Assembly: GCA_950097015.1 (NCBI GenBank)
Contig: CATNEN010000034.1
Coordinates: forward strand, 3,534,001-3,598,000
Length of the DNA: 64,000 bases
Direction of reading: 5' to 3'
Source: Macrostomum hystrix
Lineage: Eukaryota; Animalia; Platyhelminthes
Shown here piece after piece: positions 46,276-59,100 of the stretch. Numbering within the stretch: the first letter of the stretch is position 1; each line of letters starts with the position of its first letter. The translations under genes were made by a program, and so were the position numbers. The notes under the pieces are model-generated. The model saw nothing but the letters and a program-made list of their open reading frames with translations, searched no databases and had not been told where the DNA came from.

Positions 46276-46879
46276 CCACTCTAGTAGAAATTATGATTAG
46301 TCCCACACTCTAGTCCCAAATTATGATCAATCCGTCACTCCAGTTCCAAATACCATCGACTTTCAATTCCATTTGTCCTTTCTGCAATGGAATTACTTCT
46401 CTGATCAGCATTTTACCTAGACCAAATTTTGCATGCAGTATGCAATATAAAAATCACACGTTTGCATTTCAAACAAAGTTTACTCACAAATCAAGCTCCA
46501 TTGTTGCAAAGCCATGATTGACGTGCAGTTTAACAAAGATTTCGAATTCAGAATACAGAGTAAATCAGTAATGTGCATCTACAATCACTCACTGTTCCCA
46601 ATGCTCCCCCCTCACCCATCAGTCGATACTAGAAGCCTGCTTTTCAGTTCCTCACGAAGTTGAAGGGCCGAGATATTGCCGTGGTGCGCGTCACAAGAAA
46701 TTTGGCCAAAGCTTCCGATAATCCCAGCCTCCAAGACTTGGCGTTTTGAGATTGTAGGACATTGTAGGGGATTGTATATTCTGTGCTTGAAGAGTGGGCA
46801 AGGATGATGTACTAAAAGCTCATAGATATATATGCGAGTACATGATGCTGTTTAACTTATCAGCTAAATCTATCTCAAT

Positions 46880-47063
46880 CTGCCCTGACTTTCTCATCGT
46901 CAGGCAGTGTACACTCTCACTGTGCCTTGGATGTTGGCCCTCAAAGGCGCGAATGCACGACAAGCCACCAAGCCTTATCTCCGCGGCTGCGCCCCAAATG
47001 AATGTGGCCTCGACGCGGACTCGAGCTCAGCGACCTTGGTACATCGCTCCGCCACTAACCCCC
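46880..47063 (-). mobile_element. SINE family 1, 5' half
   Basis: ctgccctgactttctcatc..agtgtacactctcactgtgcc..ccccaaatgaatgtggcctcg. Confidence 0.82.
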
Positions 47064-47667
47064 CATGTCGATATAAATCACAAGACGAGATGAGAAATCA
47101 GTTAAAGACCTTTTCTGAATTTAGATGAATTTTAGGGCAACTCTTAATTCAAACTTTCACAAGGAAATTTGTTATTTGCTTTATCTTATTCCACCTCAAA
47201 ATACCTTGCATGTAAGAATTGTAACTGAAAATGAACCGTTTTTCTACGAAGCCCAAAAACGCCAAAAGTATCCTCATTTTGCAATCCTGTCATATCCCAT
47301 TGGGTTAAAAGTCAAGCAAGTGCAACAGTTTCAGTGTGTCATTTGCCGCAGTAAAACAAAAAAGAAAGCTAGAAAAATTGACCGAATTGTTACAAGCAGC
47401 AGCAGAAACAGCGGAGATCAGTTCTAGAGTCGATTCTTGAAGCACTATGACTGCTGTGGCAAATTTTTTATGATTTCCAATGAGTGACACATCAGCCTCC
47501 TGACGTAACTGGCATGTGACATGTCTGATCACTGTAATCCGATTTCCTGGAATCTCTAAAAAACAGCGAGGTTGGAAGCAAACCTGTTCTGCTTCATTAC
47601 TGCTCTGCTAAGACCGTCTTCGACTGTTCCGGGGAAGAACATACTCCTTGTTTCATACAAAAGAGGC

Positions 47668-49410
47668 CGAGATTTGAAGCTGTAGTCTCATGGGTGAGAT
47701 TTGAAGCTGTAGTCTCATTGGTGAGATTTGAAGCAGTAGTCTCATGGGTCAGATTTGAAGCTGTAGTCTCTTGGGTGAGATTTGAAGCTGTAGTCTCATC
47801 GGTGAGATTTGAAGCAGTAGTCTCATCGGTGAGATTTGAAGCTGTAGTCTCATGGGTGAGATTTGAAGCTGTAGTCTCATCGGTGAGATTTGAAGCTGTA
47901 GTCTCTTGGGTGAGATTTGAAGCTGTAGTCTTATGGGTGAGATTTGAAGCTGTAGTCTCATGGGTGAGATTTGAAGCTGTAGTCTCATGGGTGAGATTTG
48001 AAGCTGTAGTCTCATGGGTGAGATTTGAAGCTGTAGTCTCATGGGTGAGATTTGAAGCTGTAGTCTCATGGGTGAGATTTGAAGCTGTAGTCTCATGGGT
48101 GAGATTTGAAGCTGTAGTCTCATGGGTGAGATTTGAAGCTGTAGTCTCATGGGTGAGATTTGAAGCTTTAGTCTCATCGGTGAGATTTGAAGCTGTAGTC
48201 TTATGGGTGAGATTTGAAGCTTTAGTCTCATCGGTGAGATTTGAAGCTGTAGTCTCTTGGGTGAGATTTGAAGCTGTAGTCTTATGGGTGCGATTTTAAG
48301 CTGTAGTCTCATGGGTGAGATTTGAAGCTGTAGTCTCTTGGGTGAGATTTGAAGCTGTAGTCTAAAGGGTGAGATTTGAATCTGTAGTCTCATGGGTGAG
48401 ATTTGAAGCTGTAGTCTCATCGGTGAGATTTGAAGCTGTAATCTCTTGGGTGAGATTTGAAGCTGTAGTCTTATGGGTGAGATTTGAAGCTGTAGTCTCA
48501 TGGGTGAGATTTGAAGCTGTAGTCTAAAGGGTCAGATTTGAAGCTGTAGTCTCTTGGGTGAGATTTGAAGCTGTAGTCTCTTGGGTGAGATTTGAAGCTG
48601 TAGTCTCTTGGGTGAGATTTGAAGCTGTAGTCTCATGGGTGAGATTTGAAGCTTTAGTCTCATCGGTGAGATTTGAAGCTGTAGTCTCTTGGGTGAGATT
48701 TGAAGCTGTAGTCTTATGGGTGAGATTTGAAGCTGTAGTCTCATGGGTGAGATTTGAAGCTGTAGTCTCATGGGTGAGATTTGAAGCTGTAGTCTCATGG
48801 GTGAGATTTGAAGCTGTAGTCTCATCGGTGAGATTTGAAGCTGTAGTCTCATGGGTGAGATTTGAAGCTGTAGTCTCATGGGTGAGATTTGAAGCTGTAG
48901 TCTTATGGGTGAGATTTGAAGCTGTAGTCTCATGGGTGAGATTTTAAGCTGTAGTCTCATGGGTGAGATTTTAAGCTGTAGTCTCATGGGTGAGATTTGA
49001 AGCTGTAGTCTCATGGGTGAGATTTGAAGCTGTAGTCTCATGGGTGAGATTTGAAGCTGTAGTCTCATCGGTGAGATTTGAAGCTGTAGTCTCATGGGTG
49101 AGATTTGAAGCTGTAGTCTTATGGGTGAGATTTGAAGCTCTAGTCTCATGGGTGAGATTTGAAGCTGTAGTCTCATGGGTGAGATTTGAAGCTGTAGTCT
49201 CTTGGGTGAGATTTGAAGCTGTAGTCTTATGGGTGAGATTTGAAGCTGTAGTCTCATGGGTGAGATTTGAAGCTGTAGTCTAAAGGGTCAGATTTGAAGC
49301 TGTAGTCTCTTGGGTGAGATTTGAAGCTGTAGTCTCATCGGTGAGATTTGAAGCTGTAGTCTCATGGGTGAGATTTGAAGCTGTAGTCTCATGGGTGAGA
49401 TTTGAAGCTG
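47668..49410. repeat. 27-bp minisatellite (gagatttgaagctgtagtctcatgggt) x~64
   Basis: Visible tandem units. Confidence 0.98.
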
Positions 49411-50134
49411 TGTTTATTTATGTGATATAGCGGGTTGTTGTTCTGTTGCCATACTCAGCGGGGACGAATCTATCAGGGACTGCTTTTGTTGCTGCTGCAG
49501 CTCACCAGGGTGGACTTAGCACCCCTCGTTGTGCTGAAACTAAGGCAATAAATATGTTGAAAAAAATTATTTGTTTTGTTTCCGGTCTGAGTATGGATGG
49601 AGCAAATTTAAATTTAAAATTTACGAGCTGAATTAAGCACTAGTTATAAGGCATGATTATAAATTATCAAACCATAAAGTCTTATTAGACTAGAGAACAC
49701 AAATCTTTAGAACAACTGCTGTATGGCTATAAATGTATCAATGTGCAACATTTGTTTTATTTTCATATAAATCGTTTTAATAGTACTCTTAAGTGAAGCA
49801 ATATCTGAAAGCACAGCTGTCAGCCAATGATCTCTCAGCTGGCCTCTCATTGGCTGGCTACTTTTACCAAGTCTTCCCTCCCAAAATGCTAGATCCCTAA
49901 TACTGCAGCGGTCGGCCGTCTTCCCTAATTTTTTGACCGATTCCAGCAGTAGGCAGAACTGTTTTCGTCTAGTTGGTCCTAATCCATTAATCCTATAGCT
50001 GCGGAAAATTTCAAGCTGTTTGAAATAAACTGTTAATTTCCTGCCTATTTAACACTCCGATTGCTAATTCCACACGCCTCGCCTGTCAAGGATTGACTAT
50101 TAGTTGCTATGACAACTATGAAGGAAGTCAAACT

Positions 50135-50335
50135 ATGAGGCATACGAATTTCACACCGGCGCTGATCCTGCTGACTGTGCTGCCGTTGTTGACCGAGACA
50201 AGCCCCAAGCGACTACTTCCACCGGCGCCTCTGATTGGCTACGAGAGACAGACACGAATTGACATAGACACCGAGAGCTGGCAGCACTTTCTTGGTGAGA
50301 ACGAACGGGGTTTTTGCCATAGACAGTGTAACCCG
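50135..50335 (+). CDS. Putative first exon of a small secreted protein (MRHTNFTPALILLTVLPLLTETSP...)
   Basis: ATG 50135, hydrophobic signal-like N-terminus, locally GC-rich, possible donor CCG|gtgatg; no family recognised. Confidence 0.3.
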
Positions 50336-50345
50336 GTGATGTAAT

Positions 50346-51535
50346 TTGAGATTTAGGATCTGTGGCTTGAGATTCAGGATCTGTGATTTGAGATTCAGGA
50401 TCTGTAGCTTGAGATTCAGGATCTGTAGCTTAAGATTCAGGATCTGTAGCTTGAGATTCAGGATCTGTAGCTTGAGATTCAGGATCTGTGATTTGAGATT
50501 CAGGATCTGTAGCTTGAGATTCAGGATCTGTGATTTGAGATTCAGGATCTGTAGCTTGAGATTCAGGATCTGTGATTTGAGATTCAGGATCTGTAGCTTG
50601 AGATTCAGGATCTGTAGCTTAAGATTCAGGATCTGTAGCTTGAGATTCAGGATCTGTAGCTTGAGATTCAGGATCTGTGATTTGAGATTCAGGATCTGTA
50701 GCTTGAGATTCAGGATCTGTGATTTGAGATTCAGGATCTGTGGCTTGAGATTCAGGATCTGTAGCTTGAGATTCAGGATCTGTGATTTGAGATTCAGGAT
50801 ATGTAGCTTGAGATTTAAGATCTGTGATTTGAGATTCAGGATCTGTAGCTTGAGATTCAGGATCTGTGATTTGAGATTCAGGATCTGTGATTTGAGATTC
50901 AGGATCTGTAGCTTGAGATTCAGGATCTGTAGCTTAAGATTCAGGATCTGTAGCTTGAGATTCAGGATCTGTAGCTTGAGATTCAGGATCTGTGATTTGA
51001 GATTCAGGATCTGTAGCTTGAGATTCAGGATCTGTGATTTGAGATTCAGGATCTGTGGCTTGAGATTCAGGATCTGTAGCTTGAGATTCAGGATCTGTGA
51101 TTTGAGATTCAGGATATGTAGCTTGAGATTTAAGATCTGTGATTTGAGATTCAGGATCTGTAGCTTGAGATTCAGGATCTGTGATTTGAGATTCAGGAGC
51201 TGTAGCTTGAGATTCAGGATCTGTAGCTTGAGATTCAGGATCTGTGATTTGAGATTCAGGATATGTAGCTTGAGATTTAAGATCTGTGATTTGAGATTCA
51301 GGATCTGTAGCTTGAGATTCAGGATCTGTGATTTGAGATTCAGGATCTGTAGCTTGAGATTCAGGATCTGTGATTTGAGGTTCAGGATCTGTAGCTTGAG
51401 ATTCAGGATCTGTGATTTGAGATTCAGGATCTGTAGCTTGAGATTCGGGATCTGTGATTTGAGATTCAGGATCTGTGGCTAGAGATTCAGGATCTGTAGC
51501 TTGAGATTCAGGATCTGTGATTTGAGATTCAGGAG
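50346..51535. repeat. 21-bp minisatellite (gagattcaggatctgtagctt / gtgattt variant) x~56
   Basis: Visible tandem units. Confidence 0.98.
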
Positions 51536-52477
51536 CTGAAGTTTCATATGACGAAGTTGAAGCCACAGTTAAAGCCGCACTCTCTGCTAAAAGTGCTTCG
51601 GTATTTTCGCATTACCGGTAATGCGAGCATTAGAGAACGTTCTGCAAGCTGAGCCTCAATCCGCATGGGGATTTTATTGCTTTCACCATCGGGTCGTTTT
51701 TAAGAGGCTTAACAATTTCAAAATAAAAACAGTTATATATCAGATTCAAAGCTTTGCGAAGAAAGGAAATTAGCTACAAGGAAATAGGCTAATGATAACT
51801 TACTGCGTCCCATTTATCCAAATCAGGTAATGGACCTAACTGATTCCATTACTTTCAAGGCACAGTTATTAAAAGTACATTTTATCACCGCCTCGCCGCC
51901 AGCAGTCTAATGGGAATGAGGTGCGAAGGGGGGTAACCAACTTTGGCATCCTACCTGGTAGGAGGTTGACGGGCAGACAGGAAGACAGATTCCTGGTTAA
52001 GTCCGGGTGTAATTTCATAGGAGTAATAGCAACTGGCCCATGGGCAAGTTATTGTTCTGTTCCCATCTGCCACTCGCCTAATGAAAACAGAAGCATTTTT
52101 CGGTAATGCCTGAAAGTAACACAATTGATAGATCGGCTTGTTAATGCTTGTGCTGTTTGGTTTCTCTTGCAGTTTTTCAGCTGTCGCCTATTTCGCGTCG
52201 TAATCATAGGATAATCTCCTTGATTAGCTGACTATAGGCCCTCATAGAATTTTCAAGAACTGTTCATATTTCAGTCTGCTGAAATATCTCTCTCATTGGC
52301 ATTTTTCTGCTTGCAAAGAGTACATATAGTTTGTACTTTCCTGTCAGATACGAGATTCTTGTTACAGTAATACTGTACAACAAGTGTAGGGAATTTACAA
52401 GTTTACACAAACATGAAATTTAACGAAGAAAATGTAAATGTAATGAAGATTGTGCCAGCCAGACTAGACTTGACTAG

Positions 52478-52766
52478 ACTAGACTTGCAGCCAGCGAGGA
52501 GGCAATTCTGCCCATTTCGCTGACTCCTGAGCACCCACACACACAGATACTGTACGCAGGCACACGCTCACACAGGTGTGTACATCTGCCCTGACTTTCT
52601 CATCGTACACTCTCACTGTGCCTTGGAGGTCGGCCCTCAAGGGCGTAAATTGCACGACAAGCCACCAAGCCTTCTCTCCGCGACTGCGCCCCAAATGAAT
52701 GTGGCCTCGCGAGCTCAGGAACCTTGGCGCGAGAGACAAATGCGTTAAACATTCTGCCACTGACCC
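52478..52766 (-). mobile_element. SINE family 1, near full-length copy
   Basis: gcagccagcgaggaggcaattctgccc...ccccaaatgaatgtggcctcg...ctgccactgaccc. Confidence 0.85.
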
Positions 52767-52789
52767 TAGTGGCAATCTGATAGAAAAGA

Positions 52790-53065
52790 GCAGAGATTAG
52801 AGAGTAGAGAGTTGAGAGTAGAGCGAAGAGAGTTGGGAGTTGAGAGTAGAGAGTAGAAAGTTGAGAGCAGAGAGTTGAGATTAGAGATTAGAGAGTTGAG
52901 AGTAGAGATTAGAGAGTTGAGAGTAGAGAGTAGAGAGCAGAGAGTAGAGAGTAGAGATTAGAGAGTTGAGAGTAGAGAGTAGAGAGTTGAGAGTAGAGAT
53001 AAGAGAGTTGAGAGTAGAATAGAGAGTAGAGATTTGAGAGTAGAGAGTAGAGAGTAGAGATTAGA
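52790..53065. repeat. Degenerate 7-bp purine-rich repeat (agagtag/agagttg)
   Basis: Visible low-complexity repeat. Confidence 0.88.
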
Positions 53066-53854
53066 AATAACAGAAATGAGTAGTAAGAGTATGGGGACAG
53101 TGAAGAAATTGAGTGGCAGAGGAAGACGCTTTTGTACTTTGGATTCAAAACAGACGACAGATACTGAGGGGATCAGAAAGCTGCACAAAAGTTGCGCTGA
53201 TCCCAAATCCTAAACCAGCATCGTCAGGGCGCCACTTTGGTTCTTTTGGCTGGATGGGAGAGTGTGGACATTGTCTAGATTATGCTGCCAAAATGAAGAC
53301 ATAATAGTTAAAACTAGTCTCCTTGCAGAGAAATTTTTACTATTGGCGCCCTGACGCTTTTAGACTGAAATAGGCAATAAGATGCAAATTTGTCACTTGA
53401 TTGACGGAGTTAGGAAAGAGTTGGGGTCCTAACAATCTCTTTGGGAGAGCAAGCGGTTTTAGTCCAGATGGGATCTGGAAAAGCAGACTTATTGAAAATT
53501 GGTTAGGCCAATTTAAGGGTCTTGAATCATTCAGCGTCAGTCATGCAGTTTGTCACGTTTCTCGGCTTGCTGTTTCCTGGAATTCTGGACCCTTCGCCGC
53601 AAACAAATTTCCTGAGTTTGGTTTGGGGTTGGAAGGCCTGCTGTCTCTTACGCAATCTTTTGGGCCTACAAATTAGTTTAAGCCCTTTCAATTGGCCTCT
53701 CTCGGCTGATTGTCTGAAACAAGTTATGAAACATGTGACTAATACTGTCACCGTTTGACTGTTCTGTCTCATACGACACAATACAAAAAGTTTTCAGTTG
53801 TATTATTGTGTATAAGACAGCTCTCTACGATTATTTGATTTATTACAAGGTTGT

Positions 53855-54905
53855 TAGTTATTGATTACACTGCTGTTAGTTACTGCTTACACAACTGTAG
53901 TTATTGATTACACAACTGTAGTTATTGATTACACAACTGTAGTTATTGATTACACAACTGTAGTTATTGATTACACTGCTGTTAGTTACTGCTTACACAA
54001 CTGTAGTTATTGATTACACAACTGTAGTTATTGATTACACAACTGTAGTTATTGATTACGCACCTGTAGTTATTGATTACGCAACTGTAGTTATTGATTA
54101 CACAACTGTAGTTATTGATTACACAACTGTAGTTATTGATTACACAACTGTAGTTATTGATTACACAACTGTAGTTATTGATTACACAACTGTAGTTATT
54201 GATTACACAACTGTAGTTATTGATTACGCAACTGTAGTTATTGATTACACAACTGTAGTTATTGATTACGCAACTGTAGCTATTGATTACACAACTGTAG
54301 TTATTGATTACACAACTGTAGTTATTGATTACGCAACTGTAGTTATTGATTACGCAACTGTAGTTATTGATTACGCAACTGTAGTTATTGATTACACAAC
54401 TGTAGTTATTGATTACACAACTGTAGTTATTGATTACACAACTGTAGTTATTGATTACGCAACTGTAGTTATTGATTACACAACTGTAGTTATTGATTAC
54501 GCAACTGTAGCTATTGATTACACGACTGTAGTTATTGATTACACAACTGCAGTTATTGATTACACAACTGTAGTTATTGATTACACAACTGTAGTCATTG
54601 ATTACACAACTGAAGTTATTGATTACACAACTGTAGTTATTGATTACGCAACTGTAGTTATTGATTACACAACTGTAGTTATTGATTACACAACTGTAGT
54701 CATTGATTACACAACTGAAGTTATTGATTACACAACTGTAGTTATTGATTACGCAACTGTAGTTATTGATTACACAACTGTAGTTATTGATTACACAACT
54801 GAAGTTATTGATTACACAACTGTAGTTATTGATTACGCAACTGTAGTTATTGATTACACAACTGTAGTTATTGATTACACGACTGTAGTTACTGATTACA
54901 CGACT
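53855..54905. repeat. 21-bp minisatellite (ttattgattacacaactgtag) x~49
   Basis: Visible tandem units; source of the VIDYTTV ORF. Confidence 0.98.
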
Positions 54906-56149
54906 GCAATTCTTGATGAGAGATTTAACGACAGTGATTAAAGTTCATGTGTGGATTGTGCTAAGCTTTTCGGACGTGACTTGGCACCCATGCCAAGACC
55001 TGAACAATGTGTCAGTATTAACTTAAAAACAAAAAAAAACTTTTCCTCAGCAGCCATGAAATTGCCAATTCCTTGTAGCAGATTTTTTGCACAAAATAAT
55101 TTCCGGTGTCACTGTTCCATATATAAAACTGATTTGAAGCTATAATTGTTAGTTTTGCATTATAAAATACTTGGTATATTCTACACTCAGTGTTTTGAGA
55201 TATTCGGACGCGGAGACCATAAAGCATAAGTTGACTCACAATGGACCCGCAGCTCATTGTCACTTCTGTCATGTTTTTTCTTCCGCTTATTATAGTCTTG
55301 GCTAATGCTACACTTTGCTAATCAAACCCGCCCCCCACTAGATAAGCAAGACAAAGTGCGGTCTATTGGCCAAAATCTATCGATCTAAAATACTCCAATT
55401 TACTTCTATTGCCGCCTTGTTGCAGCGTTTTCGTTTCAATATTTTCTCCTTGCCGTATCCGCTCTATATTGGCTCTAGTCCGGAAAATGGCTTCTTTTTC
55501 AGGGAGAAGGAAATACTTGCTTGGGAAAGGACAGGGGCTGTTATTAAATTTCTGTGATAGAGCGTTCTACTCATTTGCGAGTGAAGCAGATGCAACTGAA
55601 ACACAGGGAGCGAGGCGCTGGGAGAAAGTCCTGCTTTTGCTGCTGCTGCACCTGCATTTTGTCAAGTGTCTTCTTCTCCTGACTGGCAATTTGTTGTTTG
55701 AGAAAACAGGCCAGGCGGCACAGGGGCAGCTGCAAGATGAATGGTGAGAGGTGAGGGAGGAGATGAGATTGCCGCAATTAGCACCTTGACGGGGGGCGCG
55801 GGTGGGACTTTGCCCGGGAGCAGAAGAACAACAATTAGCGGCGCGCACACCTTTTGTCGCACCTATAAAATGGTCAGCTTTGCCAGTTGAACTGCAAGCT
55901 TGGGCAGCCTAGTGTTTTCCGCCGCAGTTTCAACGCAGAGTTTGGCGCCCATGTGCGACAACAACCACTGGGAGTGCGGCTCCTGGGGACAGAAGTGAGA
56001 GGAGGCATGGAGGCGAGGCCATGTGGATCGCAGTTGATCACCGCAGCTGCAAATTGATTTTTAATGATTCACAACCATTCAGAATCGCTCTGAGAGTAAA
56101 ATTCTGTCCAGGATTGTCTCAGAAAATAAGGCAGTGGGAGAATGGGAGA

Positions 56150-59100
56150 TGGGGAAATGAGAAATGGGAAGACTGGGAGAGTGGGAGACGGGGAGAATAG
56201 GTGATGGGAAAAATAGGAGATCGGGAGAATATAAGCTGGGAAGAATAGGAGATCGGGAGAATATAAGCTGGGAAGAATATAAGCTGGGAAGAATAGGAGA
56301 TCGGGAGAATATAAGATGGGAAGAATATAAGCTGGGAAGAATAGGAGATCGGGAGAATATAAGATGGGAAGAATAGGAGATCGGGAGAATATAAGCTGGG
56401 AAGAATAGGAGATCGGGAGAATATAAGCTGGGAAGAATAGGAGATCGGGAGAATATAAGCTGGGAAGAATAGGAGATCGGGAGAATATAAGATGGGAAGA
56501 ATATAAGCTGGGAAGAATAGGAGATCGGGAGAATATAAGCTGGGAAGAATAGGAGATCGGGAGAATATAAGATGGGAAGAATATAAGCTGGGAAGAATAG
56601 GAGATCGGGAGAATATAAGCTGGGAAGAATAGGAGATCGGGAGAATATAAGATGGGAAGAATAGGAGATCGGGAGAATATAAAATGGGAAGAATAGGAGA
56701 TCGGGAGAATATAAGCTGGGAAGAATAGGAGATCGGGAGAATATAAGATGGGAAGAATAGGAGATCGGGAGAATATAAGCTGGGAAGAATAGGAGATCGG
56801 GAGAATATAAGCTGGGAAGAATAGGAGATCGGGAGAATATAAGATGGGAAGAATATAAGCTGGGAAGAATAGGAGATCGGGAGAATATAAGCTGGGAAAA
56901 ATAGGAGATCGGGAGAATATAAGCTGGGAAGAATAGGAGATCGGGAGAATATAAGATGGGAAGAATAGGAGATCGGGAGAATATAAGCTGGGAAGAATAG
57001 GAGATCGGGAGAATATAAGCTGGGAAAAATAGGAGATCGGGAGAATATAAGCTGGGAAGAATAGGAGATCGGGAGAATATAAGCTGGGAAAAATAGGAGA
57101 TCGGGAGAATATAAGCTGGGAAGAATAGGAGATCGGGAGAATATAAGATGGGAAGAATAGGAGATCGGGAGAATATAAGCTGGGAAAAATAGGAGATCGG
57201 GAGAATATAAGCTGGGAAGAATAGGAGATCGGGAGAATATAAGATGGGAAGAATATAAGCTGGGAAGAATAGGAGATCGGGAGAATATAAGCTGGGAAGA
57301 ATAGGAGATCGGGAGAATATAAGATGGGAAGAATATAAGCTGGGAAGAATAGGAGATCGGGAGAATATAAGCTGGGAAGAATAGGAGATCGGGAGAATAT
57401 AAGATGGGAAGAATAGGAGATCGGGAGAATATAAAATGGGAAGAATAGGAGATCGGGAGAATATAAGCTGGGAAGAATAGGAGATCGGGAGAATATAAGA
57501 TGGGAAGAATAGGAGATCGGGAGAATATAAGCTGGGAAGAATAGGAGATCGGGAGAATATAAGCTGGGAAGAATAGGAGATCGGGAGAATATAAGATGGG
57601 AAGAATATAAGCTGGGAAGAATAGGAGATCGGGAGAATATAAGCTGGGAAAAATAGGAGATCGGGAGAATATAAGCTGGGAAGAATAGGAGATCGGGAGA
57701 ATATAAGATGGGAAGAATAGGAGATCGGGAGAATATAAGCTGGGAAGAATAGGAGATCGGGAGAATATAAGCTGGGAAAAATAGGAGATCGGGAGAATAT
57801 AAGCTGGGAAGAATAGGAGATCGGGAGAATATAAGCTGGGAAAAATAGGAGATCGGGAGAATATAAGCTGGGAAGAATAGGAGATCGGGAGAATATAAGA
57901 TGGGAAGAATAGGAGATCGGGAGAATATAAGCTGGGAAAAATAGGAGATCGGGAGAATATAAGCTGGGAAGAATAGGAGATCGGGAGAATATAAGATGGG
58001 AAGAATATAAGCTGGGAAGAATAGGAGATCGGGAGAATATAAGCTGGGAAAAATAGGAGATCGGGAGAATATAAGCTGGGAAGAATAGGAGATCGGGAGA
58101 ATATAAGCTGGGAAGAATAGGAGATCGGGAGAATATAAGATGGGAAGAATAGGAGATCGGGAGAATATAAGCTGGGAAGAATAGGAGATCGGGAGAATAT
58201 AAGATGGGAAGAATATAAGCTGGGAAGAATAGGAGATCGGGAGAATATAAGCTGGGAAGAATAGGAGATCGGGAGAATATAAGCTGGGAAGAATAGGAGA
58301 TCGGGAGAATATAAGCTGGGAAGAATAGGAGATCGGGAGAATATAAGCTGGGAAGAATAGGAGATCGGGAGAATATAAGCTGGGAAGAATAGGAGATCGG
58401 GAGAATATAAGCTGGGAAGAATAGGAGATCGGGAGAATATAAGATGGGAAGAATAGGAGATCGGGAGAATATAAAATGGGAAGAATAGGAGATCGGGAGA
58501 ATATAAGCTGGGAAGAATAGGAGATCGGGAGAATATAAGATGGGAAGAATAGGAGATCGGGAGAATATAAGCTGGGAAGAATAGGAGATCGGGAGAATAT
58601 AAGCTGGGAAGAATAGGAGATCGGGAGAATATAGATGGGAAGAATATAAGCTGGGAAGAATAGGAGATCGGGAGAATATAAGCTGGGAAAAATAGGAGAT
58701 CGGGAGAATATAAGCTGGGAAGAATAGGAGATCGGGAGAATATAAGATGGGAAGAATAGGAGATCGGGAGAATATAAGCTGGGAAGAATAGGAGATCGGG
58801 AGAATATAAGCTGGGAAAAATAGGAGATCGGGAGAATATAAGCTGGGAAGAATAGGAGATCGGGAGAATATAAGCTGGGAAAAAATAGGAGATCGGGAGA
58901 ATATAAGCTGGGAAGAATAGGAGATCGGGAGAATATAAGATGGGAAGAATAGGAGATCGGGAGAATATAAGCTGGGAAAAATAGGAGATCGGGAGAATAT
59001 AAGCTGGGAAGAATAGGAGATCGGGAGAATATAAGATGGGAAGAATATAAGCTGGGAAGAATAGGAGATCGGGAGAATATAAGCTGGGAAGAATAGGAGA

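Noticed and set aside
45241-54941. Long repetitive ORFs ([39 protein letters not shown])
   Set aside because: All are open on several frames or strands only because the unit lengths are multiples of 3; no unique flanking coding context. The share of arrays with 3n units is not clearly above chance
53060-56040. Scattered coding-like fragments (53.1-53.8 kb, 55.6-56.0 kb; also 44.6-45.0, 47.3-47.6, 61.1-61.4 and 63.3-63.8 kb)
   Set aside because: Some have plausible splice signals on the minus strand, but I could not build a consistent frame or recognise any family, so no gene is called
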